The notes under the pieces were generated by a model. The model worked only from the letters and a program-made list of their open reading frames with translations, was not told where the DNA came from and ran no database searches. DNA of 64,000 nucleotides, from assembly GCF_024521635.1 (NCBI RefSeq), contig NW_026250407.1:248001-312000 (forward strand). The letters run 5' to 3'. The DNA comes from Tricharina praecox. Lineage: Eukaryota. Position numbers and translations under genes: made by a program. Shown piece after piece: positions 24,979-38,323 of this stretch (positions within the stretch are counted from its first letter, which is position 1; each line of letters begins with the position of its first letter).

Positions 24979-26574
24979 CGTTCACAAACCCTACCATCTG
25001 GCTCGCCGTCCGGCGTATCCTCTACGTATGTAATCCGTAAGCCCCCAGCAAGTAGGAAGGGCTTAACCCTCGCTGCCCTCGCTACCCTAACTGCCCTCCC
25101 CCCTCCATCAACCTCCTCTGGCGCCCATATCACCTCCGGAGTCTGCGTCCTCGAGGTCTAGAGACGGACGCACGTCGACATCATCACGCAGCGATGGAAT
25201 GCTTGGTTGATGGTCCCGTCCACACACCCATTTACTAGTATATTCATACCTAAGATAGTTGGTAAGTAACTTGCATAGCTATGGCGGGACGGGGGGCTCG
25301 CGTATGCAGCAACATCAGTAGCAGTATAGGTAGTAGTAATTATAGCAGTAGCATGAGCGTTGCGCTCAGATCGAGATTCGAGGCGAGGATGTATATCGAG
25401 CATAGTATTACCGTATACTCCACTTCACATCACTTCACTGCAGTGCACTACACTGCAGTAAACGACACTTCACTACACCACACTTCACCACGCTTTACTT
25501 CACTTCACCGCACTTTACTACCTATTACACTTTACCTTACTGCAGTTCACTTCACTTTAGTTCACTTCACTTGGTGCACCATCTCGCACCCTCACTTGCT
25601 TCTGCTTTTACTTTCTGCTTTTTCTTCTGAATTCTGCTTCTGCCTTTGCTCTCTGTTTCAGACCTCCACTCAGCCTCTCCTGTTCCCCTGTTCCCCTGTT
25701 TCCGTCCGTTTCCGTCCATCTGGAGGTTTGAGCCTTGAGGAACAGAGGAGGAGATGGGGTTGTTTGGTTCGTCTCTGGTTTCATACCCCCTCATACCCCC
25801 CTCCTAAGTCCCCTCGGTCCATCCGTCCCCCAGCCCATCCGTCCGGTCGACCAGTCCGCCAGTCCCCCCAGTTCATCCGTCTAGTTCGCCAGTCGACCAG
25901 TGATGACTCCGACTGGCCCCACTACTGCTGCCCACTACCCACTACCCACTACTCACTACCACTACCCACTGCTACTGCTACCGCTACTGCTACCAAGTAT
26001 GATGTGAGTTGAGTACGAGTACGTATCTCCAGTCCTAGTCCTAGTCCTAGGAAGTCTTATCTTCACAGCCCACCGTCCACAGTCCACAGTCCACAGTCCA
26101 CTACCACAGCCCTCCAAAGCACGCCAAAGCCCGGCAAAACGGCTCAAAAAACAAAAACGCACCAAACCCAGCAAACGGCCGCTGGGGGAATAAACAAAAC
26201 AACAAAAACAAAAACACAAAAACACAAAACAATGAGTTGGGATTATGGACTGGGGATGGATAATACCCCAAACCGGCAACGTTCCACCGGAATAACAATC
26301 CATCTGGGATTCTGGGTACTCTACATAATCTGCGCACTGGTAAGTTGTAAGTTGTGCACCGGACCCAACCCAACCAACGTCTCCCATCCCCATCACCACT
26401 GCATCCACTGCATCATATCCTATCCTATCCTGGGTACTAAAGCGAATGTGGTATGAATGCCAGTAAGAATGCAAGTAAGTAATTAAGTAGTCATAGGTAA
26501 CAACCAAAAGTCGTCACAAGCCCCCATCACCGACAGAAACAAAACGTGCCTACGCCAGCCAATACTCAGAACCT

Positions 26575-26597
26575 CCCCCCCCCCCCCCCCCCCCCCC
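26575..26597. repeat. Poly-C tract (similar tracts near 30103-30120 and 31755-31778; poly-G near 35186-35198)
   Basis: Homopolymer runs read directly. Confidence 0.9.
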
Positions 26598-26876
26598 TCT
26601 CCTACGCCTATAGTACTGTAGTAGAAGACGCATCGTAAGCTCGTTTCCAAGATCACCGTGCATCAGCTGCAATGCGATGCGAGATAGAGCGCTCCGGATC
26701 CGCCTATCTACGTGTGTATGTGTGTTAGGTATGTGTATGCTACGCTACATACACCACCCCTCCTTCGCTTCAGTCCTCCGTTGACATCCACTATGCCCAT
26801 CACCATGCCGCCGCCATCCCGTCGCCATCCCATCCCCAACCTATCCCCACCCCCACCGGCCAGAGCATGAGCAAGA

Positions 26877-28356
26877 TCAACCTTGCATCCACGCGGTCGC
26901 CTGTCTCGCTCCAAAGCTGCTGGCGTATCGCAGGCCTGTATTAAACATTCCACCAACAGTATCAGCGGGTTTTGTTTTCTGGGGATAACGGGATGATAAC
27001 GGGAAGAGCGGGAGAGTATCGGACCTGTAGAGCCCATCGGGAAGTATGAGACCAGATACCACACCAGAGCGACCATCTGGCAGATCGCGGCCAGGAGCGT
27101 GAGTATTGTCGACTGGAGCTATGATTCCGAAAACACCACCCCCATCCCTGGTCAGTACAGAGCTCAGATGCTTCAATCATTCGGCGGTCCAGCCACCATC
27201 ACCACCACTACCACCATCACCACGGGGCCCAGATCCGGTACTTCGGTGGAAGGATACCCGTCTCCCCCCCGTAACGGATGTGAACTCCGAGCGAGCGTGC
27301 GTGGTGTGGGCAGAGGGAAAGACAAAAGAGCAGGGTAGGTTTACCCCGACAGAGAAATACAGCGTGCACAATATGGTTCCGAAATACGCAGCCGTGAAAG
27401 GCAGTCTCGGGGTGGACATGAGATGTTTCGCGTACGTGATCGGACCCTGAAGGATCGCCCACGAAGACAGGAAGAGCAATGATCCGACGGTCCAGCTGAT
27501 CACCGGCGACGACGCACGCACCAGAAGTGTCAGTTAACCAACTCGATGGCAGCAGCAGTAGTAGTGCATGTTCTGGATATTCTGGCTATTCTGTGCCGAA
27601 AGGACAGGACAGGGCGAGGGTGCCATGTGGGCGTTGCGAGATCGACAGACAGGAGTTTGAGGACGGAGGGGTGGGGATGGGGAGGGGCACTCACAGCACT
27701 GCGAATTTCCGCGGCTTCAACGAGAGTACGGGAAACAGGAAGAAGCAGACGACGAAGCAAGCGGCTGCTCCCAGGTTGCAAGCCGAAAACGCGAGGATAC
27801 GATCCCATCTACTCACTGCGAGAAGGGAAACAGGCAAATCAGCAAAAGCAGTTCTCTTCACTTTTCCCGCCCCCCCCCCCCTCCCCACGGAGGCTTGCTG
27901 CCGTGATGTCGGCTCGGTGACGATCCGCGGCCAAGAGAGAGAGAGTCGCATTCCGAACCCCAACCCAATATCGAACGACATCCCTCAACGAACCGGCGCC
28001 ACCGCCAGCAGCAGCAGCTCCGCCACACCTCCCACCTTCCGAGACGGCGCTAGCTCTCACTCTCGCTGAGCTCCAGCAGCAGCCAAGCTCCGCGCGGAGC
28101 CTCACGTAACTATGGAACAGAACTTACGTGCAAAAAAGGCTTCATCCTCCTCCTGTCGCGTCCGCGCCGGCAGTTGTGGCGGTGGATCCGAGTAGCTCGT
28201 GGGCAGTCGCACATAGCCGCTGCTCCCCGAGGCGAACGGGTTCATGGACTGGATGCGCGACAAGAACGGCGATGACGCAGACGTGGTGACCGCAGGCTCC
28301 TCCCTCCTCGACCATCCGAGCGAGTTCATCTGTGACCTGAAAGCGTCGGCGGCCAT
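26877..28356 (-). CDS. SFT2: Sft2 (Got1/Sft2 family) vesicle transport membrane protein, 5 exons
   Basis: Exons 28356-28128, 27815-27695, 27495-27345, 27118-27025, 26935-26877 splice in frame: ..EEDEAFFALSRWDRILAF..LKPRKFAVLWTVGSLLF..GPITYAKHLMSTPRLPFTAAYFGTI..LVWYLVSYFPMGSTGLRY..*. Confidence 0.93.
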
Positions 28357-31300
28357 GACGACACCGTGCGTATGTGTGGAATCGGTTTTCGGTGCGAATA
28401 CGTTGGGGCGAACTTCAAACGGTCGGAGTATGCGGACGGGGGGTTATGGGTGGGTGGGTGTGTGGTGTAGTATGGTGTAGTAGTTATGGTGCAGTGTGTA
28501 GTCGGACGGGGAGGGGAGGGGGGTATGAGTGTGTGTGTGTGGAGCTGGATGAATGACTGCAGCTGGACGCGCGAAGTGCTCTGCTGAGACTCGAAAGGGC
28601 GGAAATATTGCTGCACGCGGTGCACGGAACAGACGGGGGGATGAGATTCCGCGACGAGCTGGAGGGGGGGGGACGTTTTTGCGCGGAAGCTGTTTGTTTC
28701 TGAGTATTTGGATGATGGGTGTCAACGGGTGGGTAGGCGGTGGTGGTGTCCGGGCCGGTCATACAGGGTCTGGGGAAGAAGACGATGATGATGTCTGGGA
28801 CGGCGCACGGCTTGGCGTCTAAGCCCCATCTGGCGCAATACCACAAAGTTCCCAGCGGCGATTTTATTTTGTTCTATTTTATTTTTCTATTCGCAAACAG
28901 CGCCATCATTTCTCACTTTTTGCGCGGATTAGAAGAGCAACGGGTCTTTGGGAGGGAGGGGGGGGTGGATTTTCTCGATTAATAGGGGTCCATCCAAGAT
29001 GGTGAGGGTGAGAAGCAGTTCTGGCATGACGGGCGGGTGCATCGTGAACCGTTCTCCTCGTCTCTCTCCGACGTCGCTCATCAGATAGCTAGAGTAGCAT
29101 GCCCATAGCTCCCTAGCTACCCCGCTCTCCGCAGCACGCAGCACAGTTACGCCATCGCATCACCCCGCTTCACCACTCCAACATGCGCGAGCCGACGAGG
29201 AAGCAGAACGAGCGGAGTGCGACGATCCCGACGGAGGAGGACCAGCGCGGTTGGCAGCGATGTCGGTGAAGCTCGGTATGCACCTGGGTGTGCGAGTAGG
29301 TACTCTACTCCACAGTACTGCCTATAGCTGGTAGCTGAAGACATGCTCGCAGGGATGGCCCCAACAAGATGGATACGCCCGAGCATGTATCGGCGTACTT
29401 GGCCCAAGTCCTTCTTCTTGTTGCGTTCCTGTATTTTCTTTCCTTCCCTGGGGACGAGGTGTATGTAGCGGCGACGGTGGAGGATGATGGAGGGGGGAGG
29501 TGCAGATGTGGAGGGGTGGCGGGGGATGGAGGGGTGGCGGGGGATGGAGGGGTGCCGAGGGGCTGCAAGTCGCAGAAGGGGAGGGTGTGTGTGCTACATT
29601 AATCTCGAGACTCGTTACTCCAGATACAACACCGACCCTGGCAAGCTGGGCTCAGCAGTGCTTTCGATGCCAGAAAACAGTCATCTTCTTCAGGAAAAAG
29701 ACAGACGTCAAGGTGGGCGTGAGCGCCTGAAGGAAGCATGGATGCACACGTTCCGGCGCGAGAGGGGAGAGAGAGTCCGACCAGCCCGAAGAAGGGAAGG
29801 TCTGCGAGCCGAGAGGGAATGGAAATAATCCGTTTATTGTTTTGCTCGGTATTGCTATTATTACCGTCCTCTTTTTTCTTTCGTTCTGGAATTCCTGCGC
29901 CGCTCTACGCATTTTCGCTTACCTATTACTGATTTGCGCTGCGAGTGTTCGTCCGCATCCCCCCCCCCAATTTCCATCCTCATCTCTGTTCTTCTTGTTC
30001 GGTGCGTGATCGACCCGTATCGTGTGCGTCTCTCTGTCTGCCCGTGGTCCATTTCTCTACTTCTACTCTGGCTTTTCCTCCTCGTCCAAGCCCTGATCTC
30101 CCACCCCCCCCCCCCCCCCCACCCCCGTACCTCGACCTCGACCTCTCATCTCTCGCCTCCCTCCCCCAGTGTCTCTTCCTTACTAAACGCCTCTCACTTC
30201 CTCTTAACCTCCTCTGGCCTCTTACCTTTCGCCGTTCCTGCTTTCACCCCCTCTCGTCCTGATCGCCGACCGCTTCACCATAACTGCGCCCAATAACCAC
30301 TACGTCCATATCCCACACTGTCCCACACATACAGACAGCCATAACTATAGCCATACATCGTACATCGTACATACACACGCCGACATATATATAAAAATCC
30401 AAGCAGACTACCAATAGCAGTCGGATCTCATTCTCTCACACAAGTAACTCCTCCTCTTCCTCTTACTCTTACTCTTCTCCGTCTTCTACTTGCTCCATCC
30501 ATCCTTCCTTGCACTGCACCTCCATGGGCAGTACTTGCCTCATCCAGCAAGAAACAGCGAGAAGAAGAAGAAAGTTCGGCACAGCTTCACATTATTCTGT
30601 GCCTCGCTCGCTCTCTCGCTGGCTGGCTGGCTGCCCTTCCTTCCCCTCCCCTCCCCTACCATTTCTACTCTACACGCACACTCGGAGCGCGCGAGGCGTT
30701 TCGCCTCCCGCTCTCTCGCTCTGGACAGCTCTTTTGGCTCGACGCACCGCATCGCCGGCAGACGTTAAGGGTCTTAGAAAGGTTCCAGCCCCAGATCTTT
30801 GGCTAGAATAGAAACCCTGTTCACCTACTGCCCCCCGTCCTTCTGCCTGCCTGCCTATCCTATCCCTCTTTCCCCACAATCCACAAACTCAATATCCCCC
30901 CCTACCCTACCCCCCCTCCCCCCACTCCGATCGAAGTACACGATCGGAGGACCACCGACGTAACTGTCCCCGCTTCACTGTCCCCCCGCCCCCATCTCTC
31001 CCCGCCCGCCAAAAAAGTCTATATGTATAAAGAACGTCGTGGGTGGCAAATATCAGGAGAATCGGAACAGTAAATCGTCGGAAAAGAAGGAATTCTAACC
31101 TTGAACCCGTCATCTTTCTTCTTAGACCGCACAAGAACAAGACAAGATCCGCGAGAACCCCACACATATCACTCCCATATTCAATATCCTCCCCCCGTCC
31201 CAACCAAACCCAACCCCCAAGCCGCAACCGCGCAGCTCACTCGTCCGCTCGTCGTCGTTGTCGTCTTCGTCGCATCCTGCGCTCTTACCGCCACTGCCTT

Positions 31301-32753
31301 TCCCCACGGAAGCAAAGCAACACAAAAAGCTCAGCACAACTCACTCACCAGCAGCAGCAGCATCGTCGACTACTGGTCCGGCCTGGCTTCTCCCCACACA
31401 ACTTCTGCTTTAAGGCAACACTAGCAAGCGTCCGTACGCCGCTCGCTCGCCCGTTCGCCGCGTCGTTTTCTTTGAACTCGCGTCACCCTCGAGTCGTCGG
31501 AGTTCAGAATCGCCGCCCGCCTTCTCCTGCCCTTTCAAAAGCTCAACCCTGTATGTAGGAACACATCCTCCGCCCGCACGCACCACTGTCCCACACCAAC
31601 TGCCCACTCCCTTCCCTCCCCCTCCCCCTCCCCGCAAAATACCAATTTGCCCTGCAGATTCTCCGCATCTGGCTACATTGCTTAGCTTCTTCTGCGTCTG
31701 TGTGGAGAACATCCACTACCGCTACCCACTCGTACATACCTCTTACATACACAGCCCCCCCCCCCCCCCCCCCCCCCCTCCACGCTGCTTTCTTTCCGAG
31801 CCCTCTCTGAACGGGGATCGACCACAGCAACGTCCTGCATAACTCCCCGGTCCAGTTATAAACCTGCCATCACCCCGCGAATCATCTCTCGAGGACACTT
31901 CGCCGCTGTGACACCCACTTTCCCCAAAGAACCTTTTTGACTCCAATTTTGCGGTTCCTGGTACTTCGAAACCCTCCCGCTTCCTTCTCCGCCACCGTCC
32001 CTCCCCGTCCAACCAACCAACCACCCTTTCTCTACACACACATCAAATACCCTCCCGCACCCCCCCACCCCCCGTCCGTAAGCTTGCATCTCCCTCTCGC
32101 TCTCCGTGCAAACGTCTTCGGCACTTTGCCTACCGGTATATAATTCTGAACCGCCGGCCAGATCCTAAGCGACAACACCATCACCACTACGTCCATTACC
32201 TCCACTACCACCGCCACCACCCTAACTAAAGCAAACCCTGACGCACCCTCGTCTCCACGCACGATTATCTACTTTACACACACCTCATCCCGAGCTGCAC
32301 CCCACGCCGAGTCGGCATACACAAACCACTGCTGCTTCGCGACACCTTCCCGCAGCAAGCTCCCAACGAATCGGTAACTCAATTCGTTGCCCTTCTGCAG
32401 CCGAAACTACCTAGGCGTGTCTTGCGTTCGACCCAGCCAGCCATTGAATTCTTGCCTCCGCCCAAATCAATTCCTAGGAACCCTTCTTGCCAACGCATAC
32501 CGTTACCCACAACAACAATAACGGCTACCCATCATTCGGAGCAGCAGCAGTACCATCGTGAGACGCGTATCTGGAGGCATCCAATTCCTTCCCGAGGTTT
32601 GCGCGCTCAAAGAACTTTCCACCGTCTACCGACCGAAGAAAATTGTGTTGCTAGCCAGGAAGAAGTCACTCGGAGCGACTTGTTCAAAAGGAAGCTGCCC
32701 CGGGCCTTCATTCACCAACAACCCCCCGGTGACTTGAAATCAAGGCAACATAA

Positions 32754-34723
32754 ATGCCCTTCTCAAGTAAGTCTCCCCTCACAACCTAACACACACACCT
32801 TCTCTTTCTCTCAACCCTGTCGGGTGTCTGTTCGGTTGATCCCATCATTTCTTCGGACGGCTGGAGCTGCTTTTCCTGGATATCCTTACTACCTCCATCC
32901 CCGCCCCCAACAGATGTGATCATCATAATCATCATCATCACTTCCAAAGCCAGTAGCGCTGACGTATTCTTGTTCTTGCCGCAGTGTCTTTCTCGACCTT
33001 TAATAAGAAGAATACCTCTTCCGATCTGAGAGTAGACATACCACCACAGATGGCCAACGGTATGCAAGCATACAACGGCACCAGCAACGGAGGTCCCGGA
33101 TCGCCCACTCCGTTCATCAAGAACGAACCGAGAGATGACGCGATCAACTTCCAACAGTTCAGCCAGCACCCGGAAGCATACAGCATGTCCGCCAATTCCC
33201 ACTTTCAGACCCAGCACGGAGGATTCACGGACCAAGATTTCGGTGGCGCCGACAGCATAGATCCATCCGAACTGACGGTGCAGAACGGTGGCTTCAGCTT
33301 CGGCACGTACTCCAGCAACCAAGGCCTCGGCTTCATGAACGGCGGCGGCGGTGGGCTCAGCATCGGCGACGACGACCTCCGCGCGGGACTGCGCGATGAT
33401 CTGTTCGACGGTCTGGACGCACCTCGGCGTGGCAACGACATGTACTCGTACTCCGACATGAATGGCGATCGTAAGGTTGGTAACGGGGCCGAATACTCGC
33501 ACACACCTGACAACCCTCCCGCGGGATCTCCGTACATGCGCGGATTCCCACAGCACGACCAGTTCCGGCGCCTGTACAACGACCCAGCCGAATCACCTTC
33601 GTCATACAACTCACCGGTCATCGGTTCGGATTCGACGCAAGGTACGAATTTCGATGGGTTCATGAATCCCCAGAAGCGAAAGAACGGCCCTATCGGAATG
33701 GACAGGTCCGAGAGGAGTCCGTCGGTCATGTCTCCGCGCACGCCCAACACTCCTGCCCTCCACGGCCTGTCTCTCACAGGTGCCGAGTCCATCAGTCTTC
33801 CGGCGCAGCCGATCCAGAATGCCCACCTGAGACAGCACCACAAGACGCTATCCAACCCGTGGGACGGTACTCCCGGCTCCTCGTCCTACGTGGATTCGCC
33901 GTTGTCGTCACCAGGCATGCATGTGCACCCTCAGATCTCGGACGTGTTCAAGAGCAAGGGAGCTTCCCTGCCCGCCAAGGTCGACCACATGACAGGCAAC
34001 TCGCAGGAAGCCAAGAAGAGACGCCGACGTGAGAGTCACAACCTGGTCGAGCGCCGGCGAAGGGACAACATCAACGAGCGCATCCAGGATCTCTCACAGC
34101 TTGTGCCACATCACCGCCTGGAGGACGAAAAGGTCCGCAAGCAGCTCCTCAACAGCGGTTCGTTATCACCAACCACTGTTGGCGCCAGTGGCAGCCCTCC
34201 CCGCGCAACTTCGGGACTGGCGGTCGGACCCGGTGGAGTCGGCCGGCGAGCCATCCCTCCCAGCGGCATCAGTGGCGAGGAGAAGGACAAGGGGCCTAAC
34301 AAGGGCGACATTCTGAACGGCGCCGTTGGCTGGACTAGGGATCTGATGTGGGCCATGCAGATGAAGCTGGAGCAGGAGAGGGAGGTTCGGGAGTTGGTGG
34401 CCCGTCTCGGTGGTACCTATCCGTTCGAGGAGAGCGAGGCGGACAGACGGATGGCTTCTGAGCTCGAAACCGCCATCGCAAAGGCCAAGAGGGACCACCA
34501 CGACTTTGGGTACTCTCGTGCCCCTGGATCCGGCCTCAGGGTTCCAGGCTACACCGACTATGCCGGCCAGCCGCTCGGAGATGGAGGATCTGACCGAGTC
34601 AGCCCCGGATCGACCGGCAAGCCCATGCAGAACGGTGGGTCCTCGAGAGGAACCCCACACTGGAACGATGGAATGATGTTGAAGGAAGAGGATGAGTCAT
34701 ACAGCGGTATGGATATGTCATGA
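32754..34723 (+). CDS. bHLH(-zip) transcription factor, Rtg3/MiTF-TFE-like
   Basis: Short exon 32754-32766 (ATG CCC TTC TCA A), intron GTAAGT..GCTGAC..GCAG (32767-32984), exon 32985-34723. Basic helix KKRRRRESHNLVERRRRDNINERIQDLSQLVP, long loop, helix 2 PNKGDILNGAVGWTRDL. Confidence 0.9.
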
Positions 34724-36428
34724 ACGAGGATTTCAAACGATTACGCTTCCTACTGATTTTCTGCGCCTTTTCCCTTTTTCTTTTCATTTCCCTTTCACCA
34801 CTTAATGCCTTGCAACACTAGAGGGAAACTTTACTTTTGGATTTCTCTTCGGGTAGTGTTCTATTTCCTTCCGTCTTCTGTGCTTTGTTCTGGAGTTGCC
34901 TTCGAGATTTGTAGCATTTATAACGTGTGTTGTGTATCCCCCGTTTGTATTATTTGCTTTTTTTGGGAAGGCGCTTGGAATGGAGGAATGCGTGTGTTTC
35001 TTTTCTTTTCTGGACGGAGTTGTTTTGTGCTTTTTTTCTTGGGGAATCTTCTCTTCTCTGTTCGTTACGCATGTTGCTGTTTTCCGCTTGCTTCCTGCTA
35101 TCTACTGTTGATGAATTACTATTACGCTTGTGTATACTAGAGGAGTATGGTTTGGGGGCAAGGCTGTGTAGCGGGAGGGGGAGAGGGGGGGGGGGGGGCC
35201 TATAACTAGCCGTTTCTCTTCTGATGTCGACGTTTGTTGTATCTTTGACTTTTTTGATTTTGATTTTGACTTTGACTTTTGGTTTTGGTTTTGGTTTTGG
35301 TTGGAGCGTTTTTGGTTTTTTGAAATTTTGTGTTGATGAATCGATCGCTGTATTCTGTGCTCTGTGTTCTGTGAGGATCACTAGGGGGAATTATACTTGT
35401 GTTTCAAGGCATGATGGTACTGGGAGCGGAGTATGATACTGGGAGTGGATGAGGGTACGCGATTTTACGGCGATAATGATGCACTGTGCACTATGTGGAG
35501 CTACGGCGGGACGGCGAGATGGGCGTCCACTCTAACTCGGGCTCCGAGGCTGGTGGGGAGTCGGGAGGCCAAGAGCACAGCCGATCGCGCATAATTAGTT
35601 GAGCCCCTCTGCCGCCGCGGCGGCTTGGGGTAACAGGGATTCTACATAGTAGGTGGATGCGCTGTGCCCGTTGCCTGCCGTACTAACTAGAGTAACTACA
35701 TCCTATTGGCCTCAGGTCAATAGTTGAGCCCTTGTATCGGTGGCTGCCGTGTATGCATAGGTAAGCCCATGGTTAAGCCTCGTGGAAGCCTTGTGGAAAT
35801 CCGGTGGAAGCCTCGCAGAAGCCTGATGGAAGCCTTAGGTATGAGGTCCTTGTGAGGTTCCTGTGAGATATCCGCAATACTTATATGGGGTTCGGCACCT
35901 GCGGACAACGACGGAAAGCCTGAAATGGATATGTAGAGTACCAACAGTCTGCACGGCGCAGTGCTTCTAGGTACCGGTATCGATCCCCCTCTACGTATGG
36001 TAGGTACCAACTAGTATCGCAGAAAGCTGCTCCCAGTCTGCAGAGACTCGAGAGATAACTGGTTTATCGTTCTGGAGTACATCAGCATCAGCATCAGCGC
36101 CGTGACAACTAGAGACTGGGACCTGGGGCTATGCGTCGGCTATACTAGTAGTGATATAGTTGTGGTACTACTAGTGTAAGTGCATAATATATCACTCGTC
36201 TAGCACTGCGGCTACTGCTCTTTTACGGCTGTTCAAAAAAAAAAGCACGGAATGCGAGTATGAGAAGGAAAAGGAAAATCGCCGTTGTGAGCCTCTATCT
36301 GTACTCCTTCGGGCCTTCGGGGATTTCACTTGCGGAGATGTACTCCAGTTCACACCGGTATCCACTCATCAAGATTCAAGCCATCCTATTAACAACGGCA
36401 CCAGGCCAGTACACATGCGACTCCTATA

Positions 36429-37628
36429 CTATATACACATAGTATCCCTCCCCGCAACAATAACCCAATCCGTCTCCTGCGGGGAGTCCGGCGCGCACTC
36501 CTTCTCGTCCGTCTCACCCACCCACATCTCCTCCCTCAGCCTCACCCCGCCTCCCATCCCCTCCAGCACCTCCATCAGCGGCGCAGTGCGCTCCACCCTA
36601 GCCGCACACACGACCAACCTACTCAACGCCCTCCCCTTCTTCACCAAAAACCCCGCCAACCCATCCGTGGCAAAACTCGCCTCGCCATCCGCATCGAACG
36701 AGAACGCGACCTCGAGCTCCCTTAGCTCCGACGGCATCGCGGCGAGTATTTTATCATCGATACTCAGCAGCGCGACCCTCTGCAACCCTGGGTTCTTTGC
36801 CACAACGGCCTCCACAAACCCGTCCGGCAGCGTGCGCAGCGCGCCGTGCTCGACATACAGCATGCGGTCGAGCGCGCCGGCGCCGGCGCGGCCAAAGCCG
36901 AACTCGCGCAGGCCCGTGAACGCCGGGATCTGCGTGGCAGGAAGCGTCCATGCGCTGATCGCCTTCGGCTCCACGATCCGTAGTGTGTGTAGCTGTCGCA
37001 GCGCGAAGAGCGCGCTCACGAGCGGTGCGGTGAGCGCGGGCATGTTCAGGACCAGTGTGCGCAGCGTCGACTGCAGCGACGGGTGTGCGCACAGGTCGTG
37101 CGCGCCGTAGGTGTCCAGGTGGGAGAGCTGCGGTAGTGTGGTCGTAAGCCCGCTGAGAGGGAATGCCGGACCGGTGTCGGCGAAGTTGAATGGGATTAGT
37201 AGGCGTGACCGGTTCCGGTAGTACTCTGGCCGGCCCGTGAGGGTGAAGGATCGCAGGGTTTGGGATGCGCCGGAGGTCGAGAGGACTCGCTGGATCGAGG
37301 CGATGATCGTGCTGTCCTTGGTCATGGAGCGCCCGTCGAAGGTCAGGGAGCGTAGGCGGGACATTTGTGGAAGGATCGTGGTCACGAAGGCGTCGTCGGT
37401 TCCGCTCAGGGCTAGCTGGCGGATGTGGGAGAGGTCGGAGGCACGGATTTGGCCCTGTGTTGCGGCCGCGATGAACTGTCGGCTGTGAGCGGTCGTGTCG
37501 TGGTATAGTGTCTCACGGAGACAGCTGTGGATGGGCTTGCAGGTCTGGATGACATTGTGGATAGACTCGGTGGAGAGGTAGGAGGCGATCTCGAGGAGGA
37601 GCTCGGTGGGCAGTGTTTGGAAAGACAT
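36429..37628 (-). CDS. F-box protein with LRR/RNI-like repeats, single exon
   Basis: N-terminal F-box MSFQTLPTELLLEIASYLSTESIHNVIQTCKPIH followed by LxxLxL repeats (LRSLTF, LSHLDT, LRTLVL, LHTLRI, LRELEV). Confidence 0.85.
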   Translation of the reverse strand: MSFQTLPTELLLEIASYLSTESIHNVIQTCKPIHSCLRETLYHDTTAHSRQFIAAATQGQIRASDLSHIRQLALSGTDDAFVTTILPQMSRLRSLTFDGRSMTKDSTIIASIQRVLSTSGASQTLRSFTLTGRPEYYRNRSRLLIPFNFADTGPAFPLSGLTTTLPQLSHLDTYGAHDLCAHPSLQSTLRTLVLNMPALTAPLVSALFALRQLHTLRIVEPKAISAWTLPATQIPAFTGLREFGFGRAGAGALDRMLYVEHGALRTLPDGFVEAVVAKNPGLQRVALLSIDDKILAAMPSELRELEVAFSFDADGEASFATDGLAGFLVKKGRALSRLVVCAARVERTAPLMEVLEGMGGGVRLREEMWVGETDEKECAPDSPQETDWVIVAGRDTMCI

Positions 37629-38323
37629 AGTTAGATATTGAATTGAGTTATGAATGTTTTTTTACTGTTCATATGGCTGGGCCTGTGTGAGGTCTTATAT
37701 CGTCGTTCCCCATTGGTAGGCGCGGGGAGGGAAATGCACTTTGACGAGGCCTGAAAGGTCGGAAGTGGAACTCGCAAAGAAAGTTTATTTCGATAGATGT
37801 AACGAGACAGCTACGGCTGACGTACGTGCATGCTCTGGAGACAAAGACTAAACCACCGGCGACAATACAGTCGTCTACCTAGGCTAAACATTCACCACAG
37901 CTTTCGGTGATGTAGATCTCACCGTTGAAACATCCGCGCAGAGTACCAACCGCCCGCCCCCAAGCGTAGCGTACGAGATCCTAGGTATACGACTCTTACC
38001 TCCTACACTCGCTCAGCGCACTTTGCCGAACCCATCACGGGTAATTAAACATCATCCGCGCTGAACTCTGAAGTGTGGTGATCTGGGGTAGTTAACCGGA
38101 CAAGCACGTCCGCCCGGCGCCCGTTGGCTGTGATACATACCCAGCCGCCGGCGGATACACTTTACTCTACTGTAACCGCACTTTGCCCCGTCTGCCCCAT
38201 AAGCATAAGTGCCAACCCTGCATAACTACATATCCCCAGTCCTTCCCACGGCTTCGGCAGCTAGAGTAATTAGTCGAGCGGCGGTGGCGAGCGGCGGTGG
38301 GGATGTCGTGATCTACTTACTTA

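Noticed and set aside
25281..26012. 243-aa ORF
   Set aside because: Built from CACTT/CTACT micro-repeats with no domain or splice support.
35755..35840. Degenerate 12-bp GGAAGCC tandem repeat, superficially array-like
   Set aside because: A simple minisatellite with no unique spacers; eukaryotic context with no cas genes.
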